Shown here: one piece after another, positions 1-8,243 of the stretch
Layout of the letters: each line of letters starts with the position of its first letter
Numbering within the stretch: the stretch's first letter is position 1
Source of the DNA: an uncultured archaeon
GTDB lineage: Archaea > Micrarchaeota > Micrarchaeia > Micrarchaeales > CABMGC01
Direction of reading: 5' to 3'
Assembly (NCBI GenBank): GCA_963704435.1
Contig: OY969902.1
Coordinates: forward strand, 60,001-92,000
Length of the DNA stretch: 32,000 nt
The notes under the pieces: generated by a model
The model's input: only the letters and a program-made list of their open reading frames with translations
What the model was told of the DNA's origin: nothing
The model's database searches: none
Translations under genes and position numbers: made by a program

Positions 1-127
1 CTGGCGCCTGTGCTTAGCGCGGCGCGGATCTAGGCCCTCTCAGCGGCCCCCAAGGCGCACAGGGAGCGGGCGTCCATCTCCTCCTGTAGCCCCGCTCCGA
101 TAGGTTTAAATAGCTAAGCCGAGAATT

Positions 128-397
128 ATGCTCGGGATTTGCATGGAATTTTGGAAGACAATTACGGGAGTGATCGTGATACTGATAGGGATCGCGGTGT
201 TCTGGCAGGGTTTTAGCACGGTGAGCCAGTGCAACTCGATCTTAGGCAAAGTGGCTACGGCGGTAACCTCCATCTTCGGCGGAACCGGAGCGCAGGCCTG
301 CTACAATGCCCAGATAGCCGAGATAGGAGGCATCCTTCTGGTCCTGATAGGCCTGGCAGTGATCTTCTTCCCTATGAAGAAGAAGGGCAGGAAGTAA
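128..397 (+). CDS. small two-TM membrane protein (hypothetical)
   Basis: 89-aa ATG ORF. Two hydrophobic helices (ITGVIVILIGIAVFW, IGGILLVLIGLAVIFF) and a basic KKKGRK tail. TATA-like ggtttaaatag about 20 nt upstream. No family recognised. Confidence 0.5.
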   Translation: MLGICMEFWKTITGVIVILIGIAVFWQGFSTVSQCNSILGKVATAVTSIFGGTGAQACYNAQIAEIGGILLVLIGLAVIFFPMKKKGRK

Positions 398-434
398 TAC
401 CTGAAGGTCTGACGGCGGTCTTTTCTTAGGGTCT

Positions 435-461
435 GGCCCCTTGCGGGGCCGGGCCTTTTTT
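435..461 (+). terminator. GC hairpin plus T-tract downstream of the 128-397 ORF
   Basis: ggcccc-ttgc-ggggcc perfect 6-bp stem (435-450), followed by tttttt at 456-461. Confidence 0.35.
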
Positions 462-686
462 ATGTTTGTGATGGTATCAATGGCAGCGACATGCGTAATC
501 TGCGGGAAGAAGGTCGACAGGTCCGTCTCGGACCCCAAACATCCCGATCAGCGCGTGTGCCTGGACTGCCTCAGGGGCCTCGTATTCAACATGAGCACGG
601 TCGAGGAGGCGATGAAGCCCATGGTCGACGCATTCACGGACGCCCTCTCGGAGATAAAGGACGAGGTAGAGCAGGGAAGCAAGTAG
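462..686 (+). CDS. small zinc-ribbon-like protein (hypothetical)
   Basis: ORF track 441-686; I prefer the in-frame ATG at 462. Carries CVIC(x19)CLDC, a CxxC...CxxC pair typical of zinc ribbons, and an acidic C-terminus. Confidence 0.5.
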   Translation: MFVMVSMAATCVICGKKVDRSVSDPKHPDQRVCLDCLRGLVFNMSTVEEAMKPMVDAFTDALSEIKDEVEQGSK

Positions 687-712
687 CGAGATTTATGCTT
701 AATTGATGGTAG

Positions 713-958
713 ATGAATATGGCGAAGAGAACTAGGAGAACGAGATCAAGGGCTGCTGCAAGGTCTGCAAGGCCAACCCCAACAAAGGAGATAGCCGTGC
801 CCAAGAACCTGAACTACAGGAAGATCGGAGGAGTGGTGCTGGCGGTCGTCGGCGCCCTGCTGGTCCTGGCGAACCTGTCAGGATTGCTGTATGCCTTCGC
901 CGGGATAGTCCTGATATACTTCGGGCTGAGGCTGCTCGGATACAACATTAAGGTCTGA
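713..958 (+). CDS. small membrane protein with Arg-rich N-terminus (hypothetical)
   Basis: 81-aa ORF. N-terminal KRTRRTRSRAAARSAR, then two hydrophobic helices. No family recognised. Confidence 0.5.
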   Translation: MNMAKRTRRTRSRAAARSARPTPTKEIAVPKNLNYRKIGGVVLAVVGALLVLANLSGLLYAFAGIVLIYFGLRLLGYNIKV

Positions 959-1056
959 AGCCGCTGTTTCTGCGGGCCCAACGGCCCGCTCCAGGCTGAT
1001 TCCGCTAGCGTCATCTGGCTACTTTTTACATCCCTCGGCGCGGGAACAAAATCCTG

Positions 1057-1087
1057 ACAATGGTATATATACCCTAAAATCCATAAT
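1057..1087 (+). repeat. degenerate third copy of the promoter module (box ACAATGGT, TATA-like, box AAATCCATAAT)
   Basis: acaatggt (1057-1064), then 12 nt atatatacccta, then aaatccataat (1077-1087). Spacing is identical to the copies at 1195-1225 and 1664-1694. It is followed only by a 4-codon ATG...TGA remnant at 1105. Confidence 0.5.
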
Positions 1088-1174
1088 ATAGTTATAAGTG
1101 GGGTATGACGGGCTTCTGACTGCGGCGACACGGCGGTGTATGGGAGTACAGTGCTCCCATGATAACAAGAAATC

Positions 1175-1227
1175 CAGTGAGAACCGGAAAACTCACAATG
1201 GTTTTTATAGGAGGAAATCCATAATTA
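1175..1227 (+). promoter_or_regulatory. 53-bp repeated promoter/leader module, copy B (TATA tttttata 1202-1209; motif GGAAATCCATAAT 1213-1225)
   Basis: 50/53 identical to 1644-1696. The TATA-like box lies about 40 nt upstream of the ATG at 1247. A GAGG sits 8 nt before that ATG. Confidence 0.6.
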
Positions 1228-1246
1228 TGTATAAGAGGTTGAAACA

Positions 1247-1636
1247 ATGAATAAAAAATTGCTTCCAGAAGATTTGAGATCGATTAATCCTGAGGTTTCG
1301 AAGGCCGACCTGAAGCCTGCGAAGCGAGGAGGAATCTGCCCCACAATAACTGCGGCTGCCATTTCAGGCGCTTTTGCAGGGGCGTTCGTTACGGCGATGG
1401 TTGTGGCGCCTGAAAAAGTTGTAGACGTGGCAGTAGGCGCGGCTAACGATGTGCTTTTTATCGGTTCACAAATAGTGCCGCGGACGTACACTGTGCTGTC
1501 AAACACAGCGCTTACCTATGGGGTGCCAGTGGTGGATGTGGCGGCCACGATTGTGGTGTTCGGATCCGTCGGGCTAGCGCTCCTTGCCAATGCTGTGCGC
1601 AAAGCGGAGGGAAGTTCGCCGAAGGGCAAGCAGTGA
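1247..1636 (+). CDS. hypothetical membrane protein
   Basis: 129-aa ORF with two hydrophobic segments (ITAAAISGAFAGAFVTAMVV, VAATIVVFGSVGLALLANAV). Preceded by repeated promoter module copy B. Confidence 0.5.
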   Translation: MNKKLLPEDLRSINPEVSKADLKPAKRGGICPTITAAAISGAFAGAFVTAMVVAPEKVVDVAVGAANDVLFIGSQIVPRTYTVLSNTALTYGVPVVDVAATIVVFGSVGLALLANAVRKAEGSSPKGKQ

Positions 1637-1643
1637 CTCCCGT

Positions 1644-1696
1644 CAGTGGGAACTGGAAAACTCACAATGATTTTTATAGGAGGAAATCCATAATTA
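1644..1696 (+). promoter_or_regulatory. 53-bp repeated promoter/leader module, copy C (motif GGAAATCCATAAT 1682-1694)
   Basis: 50/53 identical to 1175-1227. Sits the same distance (about 20 nt after the motif) from the next ATG, at 1715. Confidence 0.6.
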
Positions 1697-1714
1697 CATG
1701 TAAAGGCGAAGAAG

Positions 1715-2146
1715 ATGTTCAGACCAATAAGCAACCTGTCAGATAACCCAAGCCTTGCTTATAGATCGAGCCCGAGCGCAGCAGGGAAAATGCAATCTGA
1801 GGAAAAAATTTATCCCGTTATTCCCAAAGAAACCCTTACGGGCCTGAAGCGGACTTTTACTGGACGCGAAATAGCTCTTATCGAAGTTGGCACTGCCCTC
1901 ACGACGGTGGCAGTGATGGCTGCCGGATTCACATATGCGCCCGAACAAACGCAGTACTGGCTAACTACTGCAGCCAACGCGATATTGGATCCGCTTGCGT
2001 ATTCCATAAGCTACCTTGCAAACACTTATGGGAGTAAGGCCATGGAAGGCTGGTCCGCCTTGGCTTTAGCGACCGTCCTCCTTGTAGGCATCGGATACAA
2101 GGCTGCAGTTCCCCAAAAATTCAAGGACCTTCCGCCGAAGAGATAG
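1715..2146 (+). CDS. hypothetical membrane protein (same architecture as 1247-1636)
   Basis: 143-aa ORF with two hydrophobic segments (IALIEVGTALTTVAVMAAGF, WSALALATVLLVGIGY). Preceded by promoter module copy C. Confidence 0.5.
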   Translation: MFRPISNLSDNPSLAYRSSPSAAGKMQSEEKIYPVIPKETLTGLKRTFTGREIALIEVGTALTTVAVMAAGFTYAPEQTQYWLTTAANAILDPLAYSISYLANTYGSKAMEGWSALALATVLLVGIGYKAAVPQKFKDLPPKR

Positions 2147-2171
2147 CAATAGCCTGCTCCTGTCGCGCGAT

Positions 2172-2912
2172 CTAGCACAGAATCGAGGACACGCTGCCTC
2201 CTGCAGCGTTCCCCACCCCTATTATCGTGGTTACGAGCGGCTGCGCGATGAGCACGACGACCAGCCCTATTATCCCTCCAGCTATCATGGCGACCGCCCA
2301 GGCAGAGAGGCTCTTCTTGAATTCCATGTTCGTCGGGAGGAAGTGGGATGTGGCATACATCACTCCCCCGAGCAGGAAGAGCGTGAGCGCTATTATCCCG
2401 ACTATGCTCCTTACGGTGTCAACGATGCCGCAGAGCGAGAACGAGCCGCTGCTCGCGGGCGCGACCGCCACAACGGTGGTCGTCGGGAGGACGGTTGTCG
2501 ACTGCGAGGTAGTGGTCGACTGCTGCACTGCCGGGGTCACCGTAATCCCGAATGACGAGGAGCTGTCCGAGGCCTGCGGGACGCCCGAATCTGTCACGGT
2601 GATGCAGTAGTATGCGCCCCCGGGCGGAGGCGTCACCGAGAGGGTGGAGGATGTGGAAGCCAGCCCGGATACCGCCTTCAGAAGGCTGGTATCCTGCGCG
2701 CAGCCCTGCGACGTGCCCGTATACCATTCCAGCGAGTACTGGGGCGTCCCGCCGCTCCAGCTCGCGGTCAGCGTCACGCTCTGGCCCGAGTAGACGGAGG
2801 TCGTCTGCGAAGATATGGCGGCCTGTCCGAGCGAAGCGGCGCGCGGGCTCGCAACCAGCAGCATCACGAATAAGAGAGCCGCCAAGGCCGCCGGCCTGCA
2901 TGTCCTGAGCAT
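2172..2912 (-). CDS. secreted PKD/Ig-like domain protein with C-terminal VirB2/TrbC-like two-helix hairpin module
   Basis: ORF track 2172-2963; I prefer the internal ATG at 2912 (MLRTCRPAALAALLFVMLLVASPRAAS, a signal-peptide-like start). Ig-like motif SWSGGTPQYSLEWYTG...C...YYCITVTDSG, then a Thr-rich linker. The last 87 aa are homologous to the C-termini of 8244-8672, 12636-13424 and 13510-15033. Confidence 0.75.
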   Translation of the reverse strand: MLRTCRPAALAALLFVMLLVASPRAASLGQAAISSQTTSVYSGQSVTLTASWSGGTPQYSLEWYTGTSQGCAQDTSLLKAVSGLASTSSTLSVTPPPGGAYYCITVTDSGVPQASDSSSSFGITVTPAVQQSTTTSQSTTVLPTTTVVAVAPASSGSFSLCGIVDTVRSIVGIIALTLFLLGGVMYATSHFLPTNMEFKKSLSAWAVAMIAGGIIGLVVVLIAQPLVTTIIGVGNAAGGSVSSILC

Positions 2913-3007
2913 GTCACGTTCCACTCGTCCCGAATTCGGAACAGCAATAAATGCGCATGACATTCCTTAAACTTTTCGGAAATGCTCATCCTGCGGGCGA
3001 AGTCCGT

Positions 3008-4468
3008 TCATGGCAGGAACAGGAAGTTCCTGAACTGGAAGGCGTCGCTCTCGTCGGCGCTGCTGAACGGGTTGCTCTTGAAGAAGACCTTCCTGTCCTT
3101 CAGGGGCGTCCAGTCGCTCTGCACCGAAAGCAGCCTGCCGAGGTAGGGCTTCGCTATGCCGAGCACGTATTCGTGCGGCAGGTCGTCAGGGAAGCGTATC
3201 CCCTCCAGCGGGTTCTCGAGCGCCCACATCACCGCGGACACAACTCCTATCGCCACCTGCACGGTCGTCGCGTTCTGGTGAGGCACCAGCTTCCTCGCCT
3301 TCTCTATGCTGAGCACGGATCCCGTCCACCAGGATACGAGGTCGTGCCCCATCACCAGAGCGCCGAGTATGTCCTCTCCGTGGGATATGTCGTCGCTCAT
3401 TATCCTCATGTTCGGCTGCAGGTCGCAGTTCCTCGCCCTGAGCTCGTACAGCGAAGAGAGCGTCTCGTGGCATGGCATGTAGGCATAGTGAACCGTCGGC
3501 CTGTAGACCACCTTGCCCTCGCTCCAGACGGAGAGCCGGTCGGAGATGCTGAACGCCTCGCCGTGCCTTATCACCATCCCAAGTATCTCCTGGTTCGGTA
3601 TCCACGACCTTACCCAGGTGTTCATGCCCATCTGCGATAGGAATATCTGGTTCCTAGGTCCGACCAGCGGGATGTTGGCCATCGCCGGGAGCACCTTCTC
3701 GTGCGTCCCCCAGCCCATCTCGGCGGGCGCCATGCCCTCCTCGTAGAGCCCCCGGATGCTCCACGTGCCGACGAACTCGTCGACCTCCTTCGGGCTGCTC
3801 GTTATCTGCGTGTCGCGCTCGGAGCAGTGGATTACCTTCACGCCGAGCTCCATGCTCAGCTCCGCGAACAGCCTGTCGGAAATGAGCTTCCTGAGCCTCT
3901 CGGCGTCCTTGCCCGTCACCTTCCTTCTCTTGATGAGCTTTTCCGCTATGTCGATCAGCGCCTTCCTGACGAAGTGCGATATGAGTCCCGGGTTCGCGCC
4001 GTGCTCCAGCACCGCCGTCGGGGACTCCTTCCAGTTCTTCGACAGCTTCCTCACCTTCATGTAGTCGTAGTACAGCGACTTCTCGTACGGCGTCTTCTTT
4101 ATCGCGTTGACGTCCATGCCCCACCTCTCCACCGAGGTGTTCACGTACAGCACCCCGTTGTCGTGGCACCACTTCAGCAGCGTTCCGCAGTCTATGCCCC
4201 ACGAGAGGTCTATCAGCAGTCCGCCCCTGGCGAGGGTCTTCGCAAGCGTGCCCTTCACGTTCTGGGGGTTTATCCTCTTCTTCAGGAACTTGACCCCCTT
4301 CTTCGTCCACGGCTGCAGCTCCTCGGCCTTGTCCTCGAAATCGATTATCGTGATATTTTCGGGAGGTATGCGGATGTGCTTCAGAAGTATCGGAAGCGTG
4401 CAACGCGCAACCGCCCCGTATCCGAGCATCAGAACCTTGCCGTTGAAATCCATTTTCTTTTTTACCAT
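3008..4468 (-). CDS. hss: homospermidine synthase (saccharopine-dehydrogenase-like NAD enzyme)
   Basis: 486 aa. N-terminal Rossmann motif KVLMLGYGAVARCTLP. From memory it is colinear with bacterial HSS (about 470-480 aa), sharing blocks such as ERDTQ, TWS..G, AE.GWGT.E, RSW.P, YRPT.HYAY.PC, QNAT..QV, WALENP, DWTPL and FQFRN. Confidence 0.88.
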   Translation of the reverse strand: MVKKKMDFNGKVLMLGYGAVARCTLPILLKHIRIPPENITIIDFEDKAEELQPWTKKGVKFLKKRINPQNVKGTLAKTLARGGLLIDLSWGIDCGTLLKWCHDNGVLYVNTSVERWGMDVNAIKKTPYEKSLYYDYMKVRKLSKNWKESPTAVLEHGANPGLISHFVRKALIDIAEKLIKRRKVTGKDAERLRKLISDRLFAELSMELGVKVIHCSERDTQITSSPKEVDEFVGTWSIRGLYEEGMAPAEMGWGTHEKVLPAMANIPLVGPRNQIFLSQMGMNTWVRSWIPNQEILGMVIRHGEAFSISDRLSVWSEGKVVYRPTVHYAYMPCHETLSSLYELRARNCDLQPNMRIMSDDISHGEDILGALVMGHDLVSWWTGSVLSIEKARKLVPHQNATTVQVAIGVVSAVMWALENPLEGIRFPDDLPHEYVLGIAKPYLGRLLSVQSDWTPLKDRKVFFKSNPFSSADESDAFQFRNFLFLP

Positions 4469-4637
4469 TTTCAGCTACCTCGAAGTAATAAAGTGATTCG
4501 CAGCATTTCTTTAAAAACGTTCCGCTATTTTTCCATCGTGACGCTGAAAATATTTTCGCAGCCTCCCGAAAAGATTCGGGATTTTCAGGGCGTAATAAGA
4601 CTCTTAAAGTGTCACTTCCAACTAACTCCGTGTTACG

Positions 4638-5222
4638 ATGGCGCGCATTGCGAGAGAGGAACTGCCCTTCAACCTCCAGAAAGGGGAAAAGGTGCTGGAC
4701 GAGGTGGAGCCGCAGAAGAACGGGTTCGTCCTGACGAGGATACTCAACGGCCTGTTCCCGACCGCGGTGGTCTGCGCAATTGCGGGAATATACATAACCA
4801 TCGGCGCCTCCAAGGCGGATCTCGGTCTCGGGTTCGGGATTGCCGCGACAGTCGCGCTGTTTTTCGTCGCCATGCTGGTAGAAGCGCTGTTCGCGTTCGT
4901 CGCGTACGGCAAGTTCATGTACTGGATAACCAACTACAGGGTGATAGGCAGGCGCGGGATCATAGGCTACAGCATAGATTCAATACCCCTCGAGAACATC
5001 ACTGACATAATCATAGGCAGGAGCATCGCGGAGCGGGTCCTCGGGCTGTCCTCCCTCAGGATAATACCGATCGGCGGCACCTCAATAACCTATGGGAAGT
5101 ACGGGGGCATGAGCAGCGCGAACTACTTCCCGGCGCTCATGCCGAAGCACGCGAAGGAGCTGCAGGAGAGGATCTTCGACCTGCGCAACAAGCGAAAGAA
5201 AGAGACGGGCAGGGTCCTGTAA
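4638..5222 (+). CDS. membrane protein with bacterial PH domain (bPH_2 / YdbS-YdbT-like)
   Basis: 194 aa. Two TM helices followed by YWITNYRVIGRRGIIGYSIDSIPLENITDIIIGRSIAERVLGLSSLRI, which matches the recalled PF03703 pattern. Confidence 0.7.
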   Translation: MARIAREELPFNLQKGEKVLDEVEPQKNGFVLTRILNGLFPTAVVCAIAGIYITIGASKADLGLGFGIAATVALFFVAMLVEALFAFVAYGKFMYWITNYRVIGRRGIIGYSIDSIPLENITDIIIGRSIAERVLGLSSLRIIPIGGTSITYGKYGGMSSANYFPALMPKHAKELQERIFDLRNKRKKETGRVL

Positions 5223-5236
5223 CACAGGCGTTGCGG

Positions 5237-5461
5237 ATGCGGATAGGCGTCACGGTCGTCCCGAACTCGAAAAGGCCGGCGGTCTTCAGGATCGACGACG
5301 CAAACTACAGGGTGAAGGTCGACGCTCGCGCCGTCGAAGGCAGGGCGAACGAGCGCCTCGTCGAGCTGCTTTCCGAGCACTTCGGGGTTCCGAAGTCCCG
5401 CGTGACGATAGTCGCGGGCGCCCGCGGGCGTAGAAAGACAGTGGAGGTCGGCCGCGAATAG
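5237..5461 (+). CDS. DUF167 (YggU) family protein
   Basis: ORF track 5231-5461 (TTG); ATG at 5237. The pattern V.V.PNSKR....D.....V.V.A.A.EG.AN..L...L...FGV.KS.V.I..G...R.K.V matches the recalled YggU/DUF167 signature. Confidence 0.75.
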   Translation: MRIGVTVVPNSKRPAVFRIDDANYRVKVDARAVEGRANERLVELLSEHFGVPKSRVTIVAGARGRRKTVEVGRE

Positions 5462-5512
5462 GCAGGAGTTTGACGCAATGCCGGTCCGTCTCGCCGCCTC
5501 CGCTGCGTTTTT

Positions 5513-6646
5513 ATGCTTATTTGTAGTGATAACTGCAAGTCATCCCGGGCGATCGGATTGAAGAAGATAATAGGCATAAGGGGAGTGCTCGAGGTCATAG
5601 TGATATTCGCGGCCGTGATGCTCGCGGGCGCACTCATAGCCGCGGCGGCGGTCAGGACATCCAGCGTATCCATACTCTACGACACGCTTTCTGCGCCTAC
5701 GTTCGCGGTGTTCTCCTACTTCGTCGACGCAGCGCTCATACTGATAATCGCGCTGCTCATGATCAGGAGGCATGCGCACCACAGCAATACGGTCCTGTTC
5801 GAGGCGCTCGATGGCATAGTCACCACCTTCACTTCCTTCTTCCTGTTCCTCCTGCTCTTCGCGATGCTGCTGCCCCTCTCGGTGGCGACCGGATGGGTCT
5901 ACGTGTACTCGGCCGTGACCGCGATGGCGCTGATACTGGTCAAGGACATGCACCACAGGCTCAGGGACCTAACCACGGCCGTGTCCAGCATTGGCGTGGG
6001 CCTGGTGCTCGGGCTCAACTTCCCGCTGTCCTACGCGATCTTCCTGATGGGCGCAGTGGCGGTATACGACTACATCGCAGTGTTCAAGACTAGCGAGATG
6101 GCGGACCTGGCGAGGTCATTCTCCTCGCAGGACCTCTCGTTCCTGATAAGCGTGTCCGACCTCGAGCCCGTGTCGGAGCGCGGGCTCAGCCAGAAGGAGA
6201 TAATCCGCTACATAGAGTGCCTGGCGAAGGATGACGAGCTTGACGATCCGCGGTGCAGGGCCATACTCAAGAAAGGCGAGCTCCCGGCGCAGTCCAGTGT
6301 GTCCCTCGGCGAGGGGGACCTCAGCCTGCCGCTGATGGTCATAATAAGCGCCTACGCTTCGTTCAGCCACGCGATGGCCCTGGCCGTACTGGCGGGCGCC
6401 ATAGCCGGGATCTTCGCCACAATGGCGCTGCTGAAGGCCTACAAACGCCCCATACCCGCGATACCCCCGCTGTTCTCCTGCATAGGCCTCTTCGCGGGTT
6501 CCGCGCTGCTGCTTATCGGTGGCGCGTCGGCATACGCGGGTGCGCTTCTCGTTCTGGCGTGCGCCCTAGTCATGCTCGTGGACATAGTCACGATATCCAA
6601 GAAAATGCGCGACAGCGCAGCGGAGCGTTCGCGCAGGAAGCGGTGA
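5513..6646 (+). CDS. presenilin / signal-peptide-peptidase-like intramembrane aspartyl protease (A22 family homologue)
   Basis: 377-aa polytopic ORF. YD motif in a TM helix (GAVAVYDYIAVFK). A long hydrophilic loop is followed by GxGD (SLGEGDLSLPLMV) and a PAL-like PAIPPLF in the last helices. The true start is uncertain. Confidence 0.7.
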   Translation: MLICSDNCKSSRAIGLKKIIGIRGVLEVIVIFAAVMLAGALIAAAAVRTSSVSILYDTLSAPTFAVFSYFVDAALILIIALLMIRRHAHHSNTVLFEALDGIVTTFTSFFLFLLLFAMLLPLSVATGWVYVYSAVTAMALILVKDMHHRLRDLTTAVSSIGVGLVLGLNFPLSYAIFLMGAVAVYDYIAVFKTSEMADLARSFSSQDLSFLISVSDLEPVSERGLSQKEIIRYIECLAKDDELDDPRCRAILKKGELPAQSSVSLGEGDLSLPLMVIISAYASFSHAMALAVLAGAIAGIFATMALLKAYKRPIPAIPPLFSCIGLFAGSALLLIGGASAYAGALLVLACALVMLVDIVTISKKMRDSAAERSRRKR

Positions 6647-6698
6647 AGACGCATACAAGAAGAAACTGGGATGATAGTCGTATTTAATGAGTGAGTAT

Positions 6699-6827
6699 AT
6701 GGCCCCCAAGACCCCGACCGCGGAGGAACAGAGAAGGATGTCTTCGAAACTGAACAAGGCGTGGATAATATATACGGTGATCATCGTCGTTCTGTTTATC
6801 CTATATATGCTCTGGATCAAGTACTGA
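6699..6827 (+). CDS. possible 42-aa single-TM micro-protein (below ORF-track cutoff)
   Basis: ATG at 6699, TGA at 6825-6827. Translation MAPKTPTAEEQRRMSSKLNKAWIIYTVIIVVLFILYMLWIKY has a polar head plus one hydrophobic helix. It sits in an otherwise unassigned gap. There is no other support. Confidence 0.3.
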   Translation: MAPKTPTAEEQRRMSSKLNKAWIIYTVIIVVLFILYMLWIKY

Positions 6828-6958
6828 ATACGCCTGGTGGGATGCCTTCCTCTACGGTGCGCACTTAGCGTCAGAGCGCGTTTGCGCGGCTTTGAAGGAG
6901 ATGGATTTTAGCGCATTGCCGTCGTATCTAGAAGGAATATAAGGCTGATCGTCGCAAG

Positions 6959-8209
6959 ATGGATTCGAGGATATTCCCGCTGGTAATGCAAATGCTTTTT
7001 GGAGGGAAGGCGAAGGCTGAGACCGTTGAGCCGGGGGAGCTGCGCGGCCTGCTCAACTCGCTGTTCGAAAGGAAGCTCGGCGCGTTCGGCGCGAAGGTGG
7101 GTACCACGACCCGGGAGCTGCGCAGTGAGGGGCAGCAGTTCGTTGACGCATGCGAGAGGTTCAAGCTGCTCGACGCGGAGCCGTACACCGAGGACATCTA
7201 CGCGCCTAACGTGGGCTTCATAAGGAGCCAGAAGGGCCTGTACGCGGATGTGCTGAAGCGCCTGGCGAAGAACCTGGTCGCGGAACCAGTGAAATCCGAC
7301 AATGCCTACGAGGAGTGCAGGGGCGCAGTATCGCACACCGACAAGGTGACCTCGGAGATACTGAAGACCAATGCGCAGTTCAGGCTAGTCGTGCACTGCT
7401 ATTCCAACCACCTCAGGGAGTTCAAGCGGTCGTTCTCTTCGATTGAGAGGCTCGTCGGGCTCCTCAAGGCGGAACTAGAGAGGAAGTCGGGGGAGTTCGC
7501 CGAGTACAGGGCGGTCAGCGAGAGCATATCTAGGTTCGAGAGCTGCGGGATGGAGCTGGAGGAGACGGACAGGGCGATAGGCGAGCTCAGGAAGGGCCTG
7601 GAGCCAGCCGCGGGCGCGGCCCTGGACGCAGGGCAGCGCGAACTAACGGGCAAGCTGGCTGAGAGGAGGGCGGAACTGGCCCGCATGGGCGGCGAGGCAT
7701 CAGAGCTGCAGAACAGGATAAACCTGCTCGCAGCGCCGCTGGAGAGACCCTCCAGGAAGTTCGACCATCTCTCAGCGAGGAAGAGGCAGCTCCACCACTT
7801 CATCGAGGACCCGATAGGCACCATAAGGGATGAAGCCGAGTACGGGGAGTTCAGGGCGCTGCTGCAGCAGCTGGCCGAGGCCGTGCGCTCCGGCGCGATA
7901 GACGTGAAGAACAGGGAGGAGGTTGGCAGGGCGGCGTCCGCGCTACTGGGCTCCGACCTCCTCAGCATGGCAAGCTCATTCAGGTCGGCGCAGCGCGAAA
8001 CGTACGGCCTGAACGACGAGATCAGGGGCCTGGAGGGGGCTCTGAGCTCGCTGAAAGAGGGGAAGACCGCCTCGGAGAGCGCCGCTCACCGCATCGAGGC
8101 CCTGGAAACGAGGGTCAGGGACATCGGGAGGAAAAGGGAGGCGGAGAAGGACGCTATAGAGAGGCTATTCCTCGAAGGTTACGGCAAGCGCATATCCGTA
8201 AGGGCATGA
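6959..8209 (+). CDS. long coiled-coil protein (hypothetical)
   Basis: 416-aa ORF. Composition is E/R/L/A-rich and looks heptad-like throughout. TATA-like aatataagg lies about 20 nt upstream. No family recognised. An alternative start is the MQML at codon 10. Confidence 0.6.
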   Translation: MDSRIFPLVMQMLFGGKAKAETVEPGELRGLLNSLFERKLGAFGAKVGTTTRELRSEGQQFVDACERFKLLDAEPYTEDIYAPNVGFIRSQKGLYADVLKRLAKNLVAEPVKSDNAYEECRGAVSHTDKVTSEILKTNAQFRLVVHCYSNHLREFKRSFSSIERLVGLLKAELERKSGEFAEYRAVSESISRFESCGMELEETDRAIGELRKGLEPAAGAALDAGQRELTGKLAERRAELARMGGEASELQNRINLLAAPLERPSRKFDHLSARKRQLHHFIEDPIGTIRDEAEYGEFRALLQQLAEAVRSGAIDVKNREEVGRAASALLGSDLLSMASSFRSAQRETYGLNDEIRGLEGALSSLKEGKTASESAAHRIEALETRVRDIGRKREAEKDAIERLFLEGYGKRISVRA

Positions 8210-8243
8210 GGGAGATCAGCGCGCCGTAATTCCCCTATTATGG

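Noticed and set aside
972-989. Perfect 7-bp hairpin gcgggcc-caac-ggcccgc after the 713-958 gene, a possible terminator
   Set aside because: No T-tract follows it. Archaeal termination relies mainly on oligo-T, so I could not support a terminator call.
3701-5005. 434-aa plus-strand ORF (with 2951-3640, 3654-4403 and others) overlapping the homospermidine synthase gene
   Set aside because: These ORFs are antisense or off-frame to a gene with strong family-level similarity. Their Arg/Leu/His/Pro-rich composition is typical of spurious ORFs in GC-rich DNA.
6566-6820. 84-aa minus-strand ORF in the gap after the presenilin-like gene
   Set aside because: It overlaps the 3' end of the presenilin-like gene and has an odd composition with no start context. 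The region is more likely intergenic or encodes the small plus-strand TM peptide.
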